A DNA stretch of 64,000 nt, taken from the NCBI GenBank assembly GCA_905331295.1, contig CAJNYD010000132.1, positions 62,001 to 126,000 on the forward strand, given 5' to 3'. This document shows positions 31,601 through 45,400 of the stretch, in pieces. The position numbers and the translations under genes were made by a program. Within the stretch, counting starts at the first letter, position 1; each line of letters opens with the position of its first letter. Under the pieces are notes generated by a model. That model was not told the DNA's origin. It searched no databases and saw only the letters and a program-made list of their open reading frames with translations. This stretch comes from Rotaria socialis. Lineage: Eukaryota.

Positions 31601-31839
31601 ATTTTCACGGGATTTCTTGGGATTGAGAATCGGGGAAATCCGCTTTTTCTTCCTTGGTAAAAACCAAGGGGTAATTATCTTTCCTTTTCCAATTGAGCGA
31701 TTCATTTTCAATTTATTTGTAAATAAGATATTCTAATGTGAGTGTTTATTCATTCTTGTTGGTAAACATCCAATCAATACACATAAAATATGCGACAAGC
31801 AGCTGCGTTTATTGTCACTGGTGTGCATCTGACTACACG

Positions 31840-32537
31840 ATGAGTTGTCTATCAACTGGTGTATTCTCTAAGAATGCACCCATCTTACATTTACTTTTAA
31901 TGATTGTTGGAGTTCTGCTTCTTGTGGCAGGTGCCTTAGCCTGTAGCGTTGCAGTTGCTGACTACTGGTACCAAAAACCTGGATATGAACAGTATCAAAA
32001 TACAAGTTGTCTCACAACAGCGTATGAATTCGTTGAAACTCGTTGTAGTTCGTGTGATGGACTGATTGTCTATCATACATATAGTTGTGAGGCTGAAGAT
32101 TGTTATAACGAAGTAATGTCGGTGTCATATATCACGTGGAATGGAACGCTGGTTAATAGTACAGTGCGAACTCGGCTCTCACGATTTCCACATTACGCTA
32201 GACAAGTATAGACTTTCATGTTTTTATGGTAAATCAAAATCATTGTAATATTTGTTTTGCATAGATTGGTTCTCATCACGAATGTTTCTACAAAACAAAA
32301 AATGTAACATCTATGGTCTGGGAAGTTTCTTATGAGAAACATAGTCTAACTATATTATTTGTTTCTTGTGGAATCCTTGGATTAAGTTGCGTCGTGTTCG
32401 TTGGCGCATTCTCTATGAAAAAACAAGAAGAAAACGAAAATGGTTCAAGCAGATATACTCAAGCAAGAACGAAATCGCCTACATTACATGATATAAGAGA
32501 AAATCCAAATGAAACAATCCCTCTCGAAGTCATATAA
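31840..32537 (+). CDS. Two-pass membrane protein with Cys-rich glycosylated extracellular loop (BK-channel beta/TipE-like topology)
   Basis: Exons 31840-32205 and 32265-32537 in frame. TM1 LLLMIVGVLLLVAGALACSVAVA, loop with 6 Cys and several NxS/T sequons, TM2 LTILFVSCGILGLSCVVFVGAF. Family assignment is tentative. Confidence 0.75.
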
Positions 32538-35500
32538 AGCTGAATCATATTCAATGCTGTGACTTTTTTCTTTTCGATTTTTACAACTAATAAACAAGAT
32601 AAAAAAGGAACATTGGTTAAAGGAATGTTGATGAAGCCAACTATTAAAGAATCCCTTCTCGGGGTGCTCTTTTTTTTAGTAAGAATCAAATCAAACGAAT
32701 AACTTCAACTAGAGAAGAGAGGATATTATATAAGAGGGAATAGACATCAAGAAATGCGACTTGAATAAACACATATTATGAAGAATGAAGTGAGCCAAGG
32801 AATGTAAACATATGACGTAACACCAACAAGTGTGATTTCATTCTTTAGGATTAACTGTTATTTTTAGTTGTTTAACGACAAAAATTTAATTTGTTGCAAA
32901 TTGCTAGAAAGTATGAGAGACCAAAATAACTTTTGTTCTATGTATTGTGGTTGTAGTCACGGAAGTTTTTTTTTTGCACTTACTGACTTTAAATACTTTG
33001 TTATATTCGGAAAAAGTTTGTAGCTCTATATTTAGACCAGTTTTGGAGCTAAACGCTTGCATGCTACATCTTGGTATCGTGTAAAATTTTGGCATACTCC
33101 TTTTATTTTCGTAAGAACATGAAGTTTTCAGGCGAATTTTGCGTTAAAGTTAACATCTTTCGAAAGATTGATTGCTAGTTGTTTTTTATCTGTGCAAGAA
33201 GTAATTGTTTTTTGATACGTAAAGCAATTATACCACTCGTATTTTCATGTACATATTATTAAAGCACATCTTCAAGTTTGTTCGAGGCAGAGATTTTAAA
33301 TAATTCAATCATTTTTATGTTCCATCAAACAAAAGATTCGATTCTATGTGTCAAGAGAATAATATATTTTTGTGGAAATAAACCTATGATGCTTTGTTGC
33401 TTATTTTGGTTTATTTCAGGATTCAATTGATAGGAGTAATATTTGATTCTCTAGACTACGTTGTTTTAAAAAAATGAGAAAATATTCTGTTATTCCAGGA
33501 TGACTTTAATAATCAGAGAATACTCTAGTTAGCTGATGGTGTTGACTATTTGTTTGCCCTAGAGAAATTTTTGTGCAACAACAAACGTGCTCATAATAAA
33601 TCACGATTCTATAGAACCATTAAAAGTTTAACGGAAGAAAATGATGAATATTTTTGTACTATTCCTAGAAAAACAATAATTGTGTCTATTCTTCCATTTT
33701 AATTCTAAAGCAATATGCATATAATCATGATAAGAAAAATAGTAGCAAAAAAACTCGTTTCAGTATCAACAACAACACAACGGATATGTTAACAAGGATA
33801 AATCCATTTTATGTGAATGCACCGCGAAAAAATTCATGTCAAAAGTACGTAATTACAAATGTTTAAATATTTGCTAAGCTATTATAATAGTAAATAGCAT
33901 TATTACGGAAAATAACTTATATAATCTATTCAAGTCTTTCTAATACTAATAAAAATAAAGCAGTCAGTTGAAATTAAGTTTATTTTGATAGAAATTGTTA
34001 AAAATCATTACGATAACGCAAATGAAAATATATACTTCGGCCAAATATTAAATAAAAAAACGTTTAGAAAATCCTTCAGTTCAATATGTGACTTCTTATG
34101 TGAATATAATTCACTTTTAATTCCACCGACCGCTTATTTAGATGTATACTAAATCCTAATGGTAATTTCAGTCTTTTATAGTACAGCTCATCCATTTTAT
34201 TCTAATTAAAACATTAGCGGTCACAATGGCCTACGCGTTGAAATAAGGAAGACAAATAGAATGACCTTGTAGAAAACAAAATCAAGATACTGAGAAATCT
34301 ATTTCATTATCTTTAAAAAAAACAAATAACGACGAATTCGTGACATTTTCTCTAGTTACAGTGAATCATATCAAACTCTTTGTGAAAAGTCATTACTTGG
34401 AAATATATTGAGAAAAATAAGAATTTTATTCTATAAATTACGCTTGTACTTTTTCTTCTTGTTGATATTTTTCAGAATGTGCAGTATCTTTGAATCAAAT
34501 ATTTGATCTTTTATTTTCAAAAATTGTGAGTCAATTTCAGTTAAATATGGAATGTAACTTTTCAAAATTGTCACATTCTCGAACGGAAAAAGTAAAGCTT
34601 GATTAATCTTAAGCACGATATACTTCACTGTTTCTTCATCGTTCATCATTTTTTTACTTCGGAGTATTAAAATCTTGCTCTTATCTTAATATAGAAATAT
34701 AATCCACAAAAAAAACAAATTTCGATTATATCACTTCATTGTTTTCTAAAGTTAATTATGTTTGAAGTTAAAATATATATTACTTTCTGAGTAATACAAG
34801 TAAAATAATAACTAATATTATTATAATTCAAAAATATAATGCTTAAACATGTAACACTATGTCATGGAAATAGCGTAGAATTTCTCAATTAATCATATTA
34901 TTCGAAAAATTTAATGATTATTCGCGATTGATGATTAATGATTTTGTGAGAATAACAAAATATGAATTATGTTAATATAAATAGAATTTCTATACCTTAA
35001 CCTCCAGTGAACACAAATTTAATTAAATTCCAATTACTTAGCTTAAAAACTGTTTTCGGTATTTCTACTAGTTGGTATCGGATAGACATTCCAGGCTGAT
35101 TATTTACTTTTGGATTATTTTCAATCAATCAGAAAGTGAACATGAGAATTTTATTTTTTCACATCGTTTAAAATTCGTCTTATTTTATTAAAAAAGATCT
35201 TTGGCAAGAATCGTATTACTTCCATTCAGATCAATTACAAAAACAACAACAACAAGCCAGGCAGTTTTTTACATATTGAATTATTTTCTTTATTTACTTA
35301 AATTAATATCTACGGTTATTTCATCGGTAAGGATAATTGAAAAAAAAACAATTGCTTGTATGAGGATGACGAAAGAAAAACAAACGATCTCTGATTATGA
35401 TAAATTCATGAAAATATAGAAAAAGGAAACTGTTGTATGAAAAATTTCTATAATAGTTAAGATTCTCATACTTCAGACAATAGAAGAAAGTCTTTGAATT

Positions 35501-37204
35501 CATACCGGATGCTTGTTGTAGCGTCTCGACAAGTTCTTGAAGGACTCCTGAGGGATTTTTCTTATTAAAAAAAAAACAGAATAGAACTACTTATTCATTA
35601 ATATAAAAAGGATGTTAGTTCAATCTCTGCGGGATTAAAATGTGAAACACGATCTAGCTGCTGTTGTTAATCATTGAGGGATTGTTTTATTGTATCAATT
35701 TTTGGGATACATTTCATCAATATCCTTTTACTTAATCCTTCACGAATGAAATAAGGAAATAGTTCATATATTTCCATGAGGTTTTATTGATTTATGTTCT
35801 GCTGCTCGTCTACCAACAGAACTTATGGCGCAGAAACGAAAATGTCAATGAAGTAATTATTGATAACAATTTTTGATATATTGTTACTAGAGGTGGGTGC
35901 CACTTCTGTCAGAACTGATACAAATTTTACTTTTCACATTTCACTATTTTGTTTAGATAGTATTTCACAAAAAGCATAGCTTTAAAAGTTTTTAATGGCA
36001 GACATACATGTTCAAAAACGATCAAGAATTGTTCTTATTCTCTTTTGATATGACATGAATAAAAAAATCTCTCGTGAAAGACTAGTTTCTTTAAATACTA
36101 TTCAAAAACGATTGTAAACAAAAATAGAATTCGAGCATTAAATCTTTCTTTCTTGGTAGAAAATATTGTAGAACTATCATGAAAAAAGTTCAGCAAATAG
36201 ATTAAATCAAGCCGGGAATATGTCACAACAGTATTAACAAAGCTTTCCGGCGGCACATTGTGAACTATCATCAGAAAATCACGACTTTACATTCAACACA
36301 GAAAAAAATCAGGCGATTCCTAAGTAGTCAGGCAAATATGGGGAAAGAAATATCGCTGCGAGATCTATAATATATCTGGTGAATACTTCCACTTTCGAAA
36401 AAGATCTCGGTCCCCAGAAGAGATTCGCTTGCTAGAAGTACATCTCGCATCAATAAGCACGACTGGATTTTAAGCTTGAACATATTTTTTTATAATCTTG
36501 ATGATGATTAAACCTCGTTTTAATCAATCCATGTGCAACATTGTTTTTTCTTCCTCTTCTTTTCATCTTCTATGACTAATGCATTACAACTATTGTATTG
36601 TTCATTATTATATTTATAGCTGTACATGTTACGAGAAGCAACGACATCACAAAATCATGTTATGTTCAATAATAAAGAAAGTGCCATATATGATTAAATC
36701 AATAATGATGGTTCATCATAGCGTGACTAGATAAAAGTATGGTTATTGGCTGATGAGTTAAACGGAAATTCAAACGTCTTGACAAAATAAAATTTGATAA
36801 GTATATATATATTCGAATGAATCACAGCGAAAATTTCATCAAACGAACGCATATACATCGAGAACAAAAAAAGTAAAATTTTGTTTGTTTTGGTTTTCAA
36901 ATATTTTACTTGTCACCAATGTTCTAAATTATAAGAATAAGCAATATCAAGAGTAGTTTTCTGATTATCTCAACTAGTAATATTGAATATATTTCAAAGG
37001 TCTCGATAGCGTACATCCGAGAGACATGTTTTTTTGCCATGTAGAGAACTCTTAGCTATATATCCCAAAGGCGAATTGCGTTTATAGAAAAGGAATTCTC
37101 GTGATTGATACAATATGACATCTATCGAACGCTGTAGTAGCTGTTCTAGCATCGTTTACATTTTTGTGTAAAAAAAACATGGTGAACAAAACTGATGACG
37201 TAGA

Positions 37205-37495
37205 ATTCCATGTAAAAAGAATATCGCAAAAAAATCAGCTTTAGAGAGGTCAAAATCAATTATAATCATACAATTTTAATCAATAATTTTAGCTGTAATC
37301 ATCATAGCAAAATCAGTATTTAATCGATTATTTCCATTTTTATGATTATAATTGATTTTAAAAAATTGATTATAATCATAAAAATGGAAATAATCGATTA
37401 AATACTGATTTTGCTATGATGATTACAGCTAAAATTATTGATTAAAATCGTATGATTATAATCGATTCTTGAAATCACGTTTTTAACATGGGAAT
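37205..37495. mobile_element. Foldback/palindromic MITE
   Basis: Ends ATTCCATGTAAAAA / TTTTTAACATGGGAAT. Internal 99-bp arms (37254-37352, 37369-37467) are reverse complements with 2 mismatches. TSD unclear. Confidence 0.8.
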
Positions 37496-37631
37496 ATGAC
37501 GATGTCAATCAACCATTAATAGGAATATTTTCATAAAGAAATCATTAAATATTTTACTCTGAAAAAAAAAGAAATATTTCAAGATATAATTATACTATTG
37601 ACAAATAACTACATGAACTGATCAATATATA

Positions 37632-40600
37632 ATGCCAACTAAACAATCTCAGCATAAAATTAATAATTCTTTTAGTGTATGTATTGCTTTTGTTGTGATG
37701 TACTTATTCCATATAAATAAATATCATTTTTCTTCTATATTAAAGAATTCAATTAAATCATCAATTTTATCATGGACAACAAAAGACGTAGAGCAATGGC
37801 TTTATTCATTAGATTTAGGAAAATTTGTCCATCGATTTTGTAAACAAAATGGTATTGATGGTTTAACATTACTTCTTATGAAAGAAGATGATCTTAGACA
37901 AGCACCTTTAGCAATTGAACGTTTAGTTGATATTAAAAAATTATGGTATCATATACGTATATTACAATGTAAACATCAGGATTTTTATTCACCATTAAAT
38001 ATCTCTACAGCATGCATATTTAATGATAATGACGAACAAATTAATTTATTCAAATTATTCAAACAAGGAAGTTTTTATGATAATAGTATAAATCATAATC
38101 ATTCATCATCATCACCAACACACTTATTGGAATCGAATGTTCACAACATAGATGGATCATGTCAAGTGCATAGTGAACAAAAACCAAATGTTAATAAATC
38201 TCAAGATGAAAACCGAAAATTATTAGTTAGTTTTATTTATGCTTTAATAAGTGGAATATGGACATCCTTTATTATGATTGTTGTACATAATCGTGTACCA
38301 AATGTTCAAAAGTATAGAAGAAAAAAATGACTAGGAATTTGTTATTTAATGTTAAAGAATATTATTTTAGATATCCACCATTGCCAGATCTTTTCCTTGA
38401 TAATATTCCACATATTTGTAAGTTATTAGAGAAATCAACATACAAAAACAAAAAAAGTCTCTTATTCTTTTTTTTTGTAGCTTGGGCATTTGCTGTTAGT
38501 GAATATATTGCTATTGCTATGAGTTTTATATTTTTATTAATTTTAATATTTCATAAATACTGGTAAATAATAATGAAGTTATTTTATGAATGGTTTTTTT
38601 TTACAAGTATAACTTTTCATGTTAATAGGTATATTATATTACGAAGATTTTTTGCTCTTAGTGGAACGATATTTTTTTTACGATCAATAACTATGTTGGT
38701 TACATCATTAAGCGTAAGTAAATATGCAATGAAAAAGAAAAACGTCTCAAAGTTTTCTAGCTCGAGTAGAAACAGAAAATGTAGAAGCGCAATATTGTTG
38801 ACTTTTCCCCTTATGCTAACAGTTAGAACAAATGAAAGAAAAGATTTTATTAGCTGGGATAATTTCCTATCACAAACAGTACTTATTGAATCTCAATTAA
38901 CAGGTTAGAATGAAAAGTCTCTAGAGAAGCAAAACTTCCTGAATTCGTTTTCCAGATTCTTTCAAAAACATTGTCCGAAAAGGTCATGTGAGCGAGAGAG
39001 AGAGAGAGAAATAAATGAGTTCTGAAGAAAAATAAAAGCCTTCAGTTTCTTCAGGGAATGACAAACTTGGTGCCATGAACTTATAATGTTATTTTTATGA
39101 AAACTTACATGAATTTACTGTTGTTCACACTTTAAGGCTTTCCATAATATCAGTGTACTTTCCTGAAGATAGGTCATAGGAGAGTTCAGAGCAGAGATGC
39201 CAGATGTGAAAGTCGAAAATCCGGAATTTGTTTTTCAGAATCCGGAAAGTTTTTCAATGATCAGTTTTAGTCGCGTAAAGAACCTCTTTCTCAGATATAT
39301 TATCCATAACTTCATATATTTTCACAAAATAAAACATGTTTTTATTAGCGGGTGTCGGTGTGGGTGTGATTGAGTTGACAATATAGTCACATCCACACCC
39401 ACACTAGAAGAGAAGGGAAACTATATGCAACGCGAAAGAAATAGCAATTGGACGTGTACGGTGACCAATAAAGGAAAATATTAAATCTCTACCGAATTAT
39501 TCACAATTTTGAATGTTACAACGAATGAAATAAAACTGAAATAAAAATGGCTAAAATCCGGAAATTTTCCGGAACATCTGGCATCTCTGGTTCAGAGGTG
39601 CCTTATTTCGATACGAATTTTTTGTTTTCTTCTACATCATATTGTTTGTAAAATATTTTTGATAAAATCTAGAAAACTGACGTTTAGCTAGAATTTCCAT
39701 CACAGTGCATTAATTAAAACTTGACAAATGCTTTTCATAATAATAAATTCCTTTTTTTTGGATTGCCAAATATTATCTCTGATTTTGTTCTAGCTATTAT
39801 TGGCAAGGGCATAAGTCAAAATATATTGCATTTCTAAAATATTTACCTCGATTGAATATTGGATAGATTTGTAGAAAAAGACAAACATTTAAGATATGAC
39901 GTACAATGCTACGAGATTGACGTCAGAACAAAAAATACGAGTTCAAATAGCATCGAATACTTTGTAAGTTAAAACTAAGTTATGCAACATTACTATTTTA
40001 TATAATGCTAAGCAAACCGGATAGAACAAACGAATTCATAATAAGTAAATAGACGTCTGTTTTATTTGAATAGAAATATGTATATACTTTCATAGAATGG
40101 AAGTTTTTCTTTAAAATGTTTATCGACTTAATAAATTCTATACGATGACAGGTACTGTAATTTATATCTTATTGATAGTCTTAAGTCTATAAAACACATA
40201 TACTTTGAATTTTGAGAAGTACACTATAAAATTCTCTACGGAACCTTAATAAATATCACTTACATTCTCCTCTTTGTTTATTAATATATGTTGATTTAAA
40301 TTATTAGTCTAATACCTCAAACAGCTATTCAAGTATAATTCTTTTTCTTTTCTTTTTTTCTGAATATTTGATCGTAATGAAAAGACAGTTTCAAATATTT
40401 TATCTTACAATTTTAGGTACCTGGGCATCATCTTGATTGTACACCACGGGTAAAAAATCAATCTTCGAAAATACGATAGATATTATAGTATTGATTTTTA
40501 GGCATATGGCACTTCTCGAGAAATCTTATTTCGTTGCGTAGAAATATTTCTTTTTCAAGGATTATCAATTCAAGGCGTACGCTCATGTGGTGATTATATG

Positions 40601-41099
40601 TTCTCCGGTCATACCGTAATGTTAACATTATTAAATCATTGTATTACAGAATGTAAGTTTATTTTATAAAAACGAAAAAACTAGACAAATAAATAACATG
40701 ATTTATTGGTTTTTAGATACAACATCGGACTTCTATGTTATACATCTACTTTCATGGTTCTGTAATATATTTGGTATGATTTTAATTCTTGCAGCACATG
40801 AACATTATTCAATAGATGTATTTATCGCATTTTTCTTAACAAGTCGCTTATTTCTCTATTATCATTCATTAGCAAATAATGTTGTTTTACATTCAAGATC
40901 AGATAATCGTTTATCAATATGGTATCCAATGTTTTCATATTTTGAGAAAAACGTTCAATGTATGGTGCCGAATATATTTCGTATACCATGGCCATTGACA
41001 ATTATTTTCCCACATGCTGATAGTAATGATGAAGAAAAATATTCTTCCGCTAATTTTTATAATGATGATTGTAGTAATGATAAACGTAAAAGAAAATGA
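37632..41099 (+). CDS. SAMD8: Sphingomyelin synthase-related protein (SMSr/SAMD8-like ceramide phosphoethanolamine synthase), multi-exon
   Basis: N-terminal SAM domain ([24 protein letters not shown]), [64 protein letters not shown]. Confidence 0.92.
39192..39589. mobile_element. hAT-like MITE (398 bp) in the long intron of the SMSr gene
   Basis: Perfect 16-bp TIR CAGAGATGCCAGATGT / ACATCTGGCATCTCTG. Perfect 8-bp TSD GTTCAGAG (39184-39191, 39590-39597). Subterminal TCCGGA repeats. Confidence 0.93.
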
Positions 41100-42486
41100 G
41101 TCTCGTATTTTTGTTTTCGTTTTTTATTCTTGTCAAACAATGATGTGGTGAAGCTGCAAAAGGAAAGTTTCTTTCTCAGCAATATGTGTGTTACCTTGAT
41201 TATTTTCCATCTGTTTTTTTTTCATGCAATACTGCAATTTTTCATATTAGCGCAGTTACCGAGCAAAGTTTTTCTTTTTCTCTAGAATTTAAAAAAATAA
41301 TACATTCTATTTTTTAGATAATCATCAAATAACGACCTTGAAATAAAAATTTGATAAAAGACGCGTTATATGAAATAGAGAAAAGAAAAATAAGTAAATC
41401 AAGATGCATGCCTGTTTTCTCTAAAAAAGAATGCTGCATTGTCATTTGAGATAGAATCGAAAGTCGATCTGTAAATACTGTTTTCTCCGTCTCTGTCTCT
41501 CTCTCTCTCTCTCTCTCCCTTTTCATTCAGAGATAGATTGCCACATATCGACTTGCATTCTTGACTAACCATAGATATTTTCAGTGTCTCTCTTATTGTT
41601 AGGTATTAAGAATCAAAAATTTTCTACTAGATAATACATTCGCTTTTACTTCATTGTCTATTTTTTATAAGAAAATTTAGTCTTTATAGCTAAAGAACAA
41701 TGATCATTTTTATCGCCATATTTTCTTTGTTTTTATCATTAATCATAGTGAACATTGAAGTTCGTGTCACCTCTTCGGACAAAGTTGATTAATATCGATA
41801 GCGCTGTCACATTTGCTATCGGACTAAAATAATCTACGTAGAAAGTATAAAAAAAATGAGAGAGCGAATTCGAGCACTGGTTTGGCAATAAAGAGAGTAG
41901 CGTGTGTCTAAGCATTAAGGCATTGCTGTTTTTTTTTTATCAAGAACGAGTGTCAACATCAATTATTCTTTCTACTCTATAATGGAGTGTCATCGTATGC
42001 GTATAGTAAATTAAAATTAAAATAATTTTCGAAAGAAGATTTATCACGATCATGCCATTTGCATATATAGATACCCATTATTTGTAAATAGTTATCTTAT
42101 AACAATAAGAGACCTCGACAATATAAACGGAAAACAAATAGATCACAATAGATGAAGCATGGCTTTTTATTTATAAACTTTAGTATCATCCATCATGAAT
42201 TCACGAAGTTTTTTTGTTCTCTCTACCTTTCTTTTCTATTCTGCATATCGTTTTTTTTTGTGACATTTTAATCACACACTGGTATTTTTCTTTCAATTCA
42301 ATATGACAGAAGATAAATGAGAACTATTGTATAGATTTTTCTTTTCTTTCATATTTAATCATACTCTTACTCTATGCCTGCGTACTTTCATGCTGTATGT
42401 AGTTTACGATTCCAATCCTTTTGACCTATACAAAAATCTATCGTTTTCTTCTAGACAAAAAAAAACAGTAATAAACATATAAAATC

Positions 42487-45400
42487 ATGCTCGTATCAAC
42501 ACCATCAGTTAATCCTCATCAATTAACTAATAATTTGATACCGCCAAATAGTTTACATTCTTTATTGCCATCATCATCATATTCAACATCATCAGTGACA
42601 CCATCAAATCCATGTTTATGGTCAATAAAACAAGTTGAAGAATGGCTTGTAAAGCATGATTTAAATGATTGTATTGATTTAATTTGCTGTCAACATCGTA
42701 TGAATGGGCAACGTTTAATGAATTTAAACGAAGATGATGTTTTACAATTAAAAGGCACAACGAAAAATAATGAATTATGGTTACAAATTAAAATATTACA
42801 GCAATTCTATTCGAGTAATTACCATCTATGGACACAACGACAAGCCATACTGCAACAACAACAGCAATCTCTACCAACGACAGTATCACCTTATCTAGCT
42901 TCAGGATCATTACAATCACCAATACCACTTCGACCTTTGTCATCATTCACACAAATTCGGCCAGCACCAGTTCCTTTAACATTTTCAACATCATCAAGTT
43001 TACCAACACAATTACCGTCATCGTCATCATCATTTTCACCATATACTACAATACAAATAAATCAAAGTCAGCAACAAGAACAAACACAGACAAATCCTTC
43101 TATTTCATCATCCATAAATCAAGCAGAAACAACAGAAACGCCAACAACATTAATTCTTGAACGTTCACCTGCAACAGTAACTCGTACAAAAAATGATCAT
43201 CAACGAAGATCAGGTCGCAGTCTATCATCGAGTACATCTATTAATCTTCTTCCAGCATCATCGACACCTCAACGTACAACAAATACATCATCAAGTTCAC
43301 ATAACACACCGGCAGATCAAATCGAAGATCAACCAATTACTGATTGTTGTTTTGTTAGTTCAATACGTTCCGATAGGAAAAAGACTTTATCGGCGTTTCT
43401 TCTTGCTTTTTGTACATTGTATTTTTGTTCGTTTATGATAACCATTGTTGATGAACGCTTACCAGATCCAAGATATTTTCCACCATTACCGGATCTTGTA
43501 CTTGATAATGTTAAACAAATTCCATGGGCATTCGCTGTTACGGAAAAAATTATTCTCATTGAAATGTTTACACTCATATCAATTATTATCCTTCATCGAC
43601 ATAGGTAATTCTATAGAATCTATTTTTAATAGTATATTTTTCATGTTTGCAAGATTTTTTTAAATTGTAATAGTGTAATTGTAATTATTGGTAAGTAATT
43701 TGAGTTTAATCATTAAAACTATCAACAAAAAAGAGTATTGATCTTAGTCTTGTTGCGGTGTGTAACAAATACTTACGTAAACATTAACGTTTGAGAATAT
43801 AATTTAAATAAAGACAAAACAAGTCAATTTTCTTTCTTTTTTGTTTATCATTTAGACTAATTATAATGCGCCGATTATTTGCAATAGCGGCAGCACTTTA
43901 TTTTCTTCGAAGTCTTACACTGGTGTTTACATCGTTACCTGTTGCTACGCGTATAACGGATTGTCGACCAGAGGTTTGAGATTTTTGAAATGAAAATATT
44001 TTAAATCCTATTTTCAATTATTATTTATAGAAATTCATTAGTTTTATTGCTCGTTTAAAAAAAGCAAGTTTAATATTTCTTGGCCAGGGATTATCATCAT
44101 TTGGTGTTAAAACTTGCGGTGATTATTTATACAGTGGTCATACATGTACACTAGTACTTGCTACACATTTTATCAATGAATGTATGTATATCAAATAATC
44201 AAAAGATTGATTGACTATTAGAAAGTAGATGACTAGACCACTTATTTAAAATAAATCTCCTCACTAAGTAAAACAAAAGTTAATAATTAGTTTTCAATTT
44301 AGAGACATAGAATAGTTTTTTTTCATTGCTTTGTTGAAAAAGATTGCTCTAGAATCAAGAGTTTTTATTAGCGTCAACTATGTTTTTAATACTTTTTGAA
44401 GCATTTTATTTTAAGAACTTATGAGTTCATATTTTAGAGGTGCAAAAATTCATTTCAAACAAAGAAATTTGATATATATATTTCTAGTCTAGTTCTTTTT
44501 ACTGTAAATTCTACATTGGTAATTTATTCTCATAAAATTAAAAAAATAACGATTTTCTCTGGCGATTGCAGGATCTAGAATTTTACTAATTTTATCGTAT
44601 GATGCCCCGAGCTAAGTTTAGAAATCTGCTTTTAATAGAAGCAATATCTGTTATCAAAATACTTTCTGCAAACAAGTGCTTGAGAAGGTGTGAATAAAGG
44701 TGAAGTGGTATATGTAGGGCAAAGGTTAGAATGAAGATGAGATTACAGGGGAGAGTGTTGCTAACGGCGAATTTAATCGTAATAGTGAAACATTGAAATG
44801 AAACGATTCGTTACAATCAACATAAATAGGGAACAGCTATCAAGTTTCAATGAAATAACATTTGTATTGTTATCTCTACTATTTACTTTTCTTTCTCACA
44901 TATAGTATAAGTTAGTGATAACCTAGGATTTGCTGGAACTTTGAGCATTCTATCTAGCTGCTTGTCGATGAACATTTCATCTTGCAAAGTCGTCAAGAAG
45001 AATTTTATTTTCATTGAAAAACATCAACTTTCGTGATCCATAGGAAGATTATATTTTGCGCTTAATAGAAACGTTTTTTGTTTTGTTTTTAAGATTCACC
45101 ACGTTCGTATCATCTGCTACACTTTCTCAGTTGGATTATGGCATTAACTGGCATGTTTTTCATCTTAGCCGGTCATCAGCATTATTCTATTGATATTCTT
45201 GTTGCATGGGTACTTAGCTCTCGTCTATTCATTTATTATCATACGTAAGATTGATTTCTTAAGAGAAACATATTGAATATTTTTCTGTAAATTTGAATAA
45301 TTTAATCTAGTCTTGCTAACAATCGAACATATTTCCAACGAGATAAACAACGAATGAGGATATGGTTTCCATTTTTTTCTTATTTTGAAGAGAATGTTAA

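Noticed and set aside
34128..34222. Short inverted repeat GACCGCT..AGCGGTC
   Set aside because: Too short and without a TSD; could be chance.
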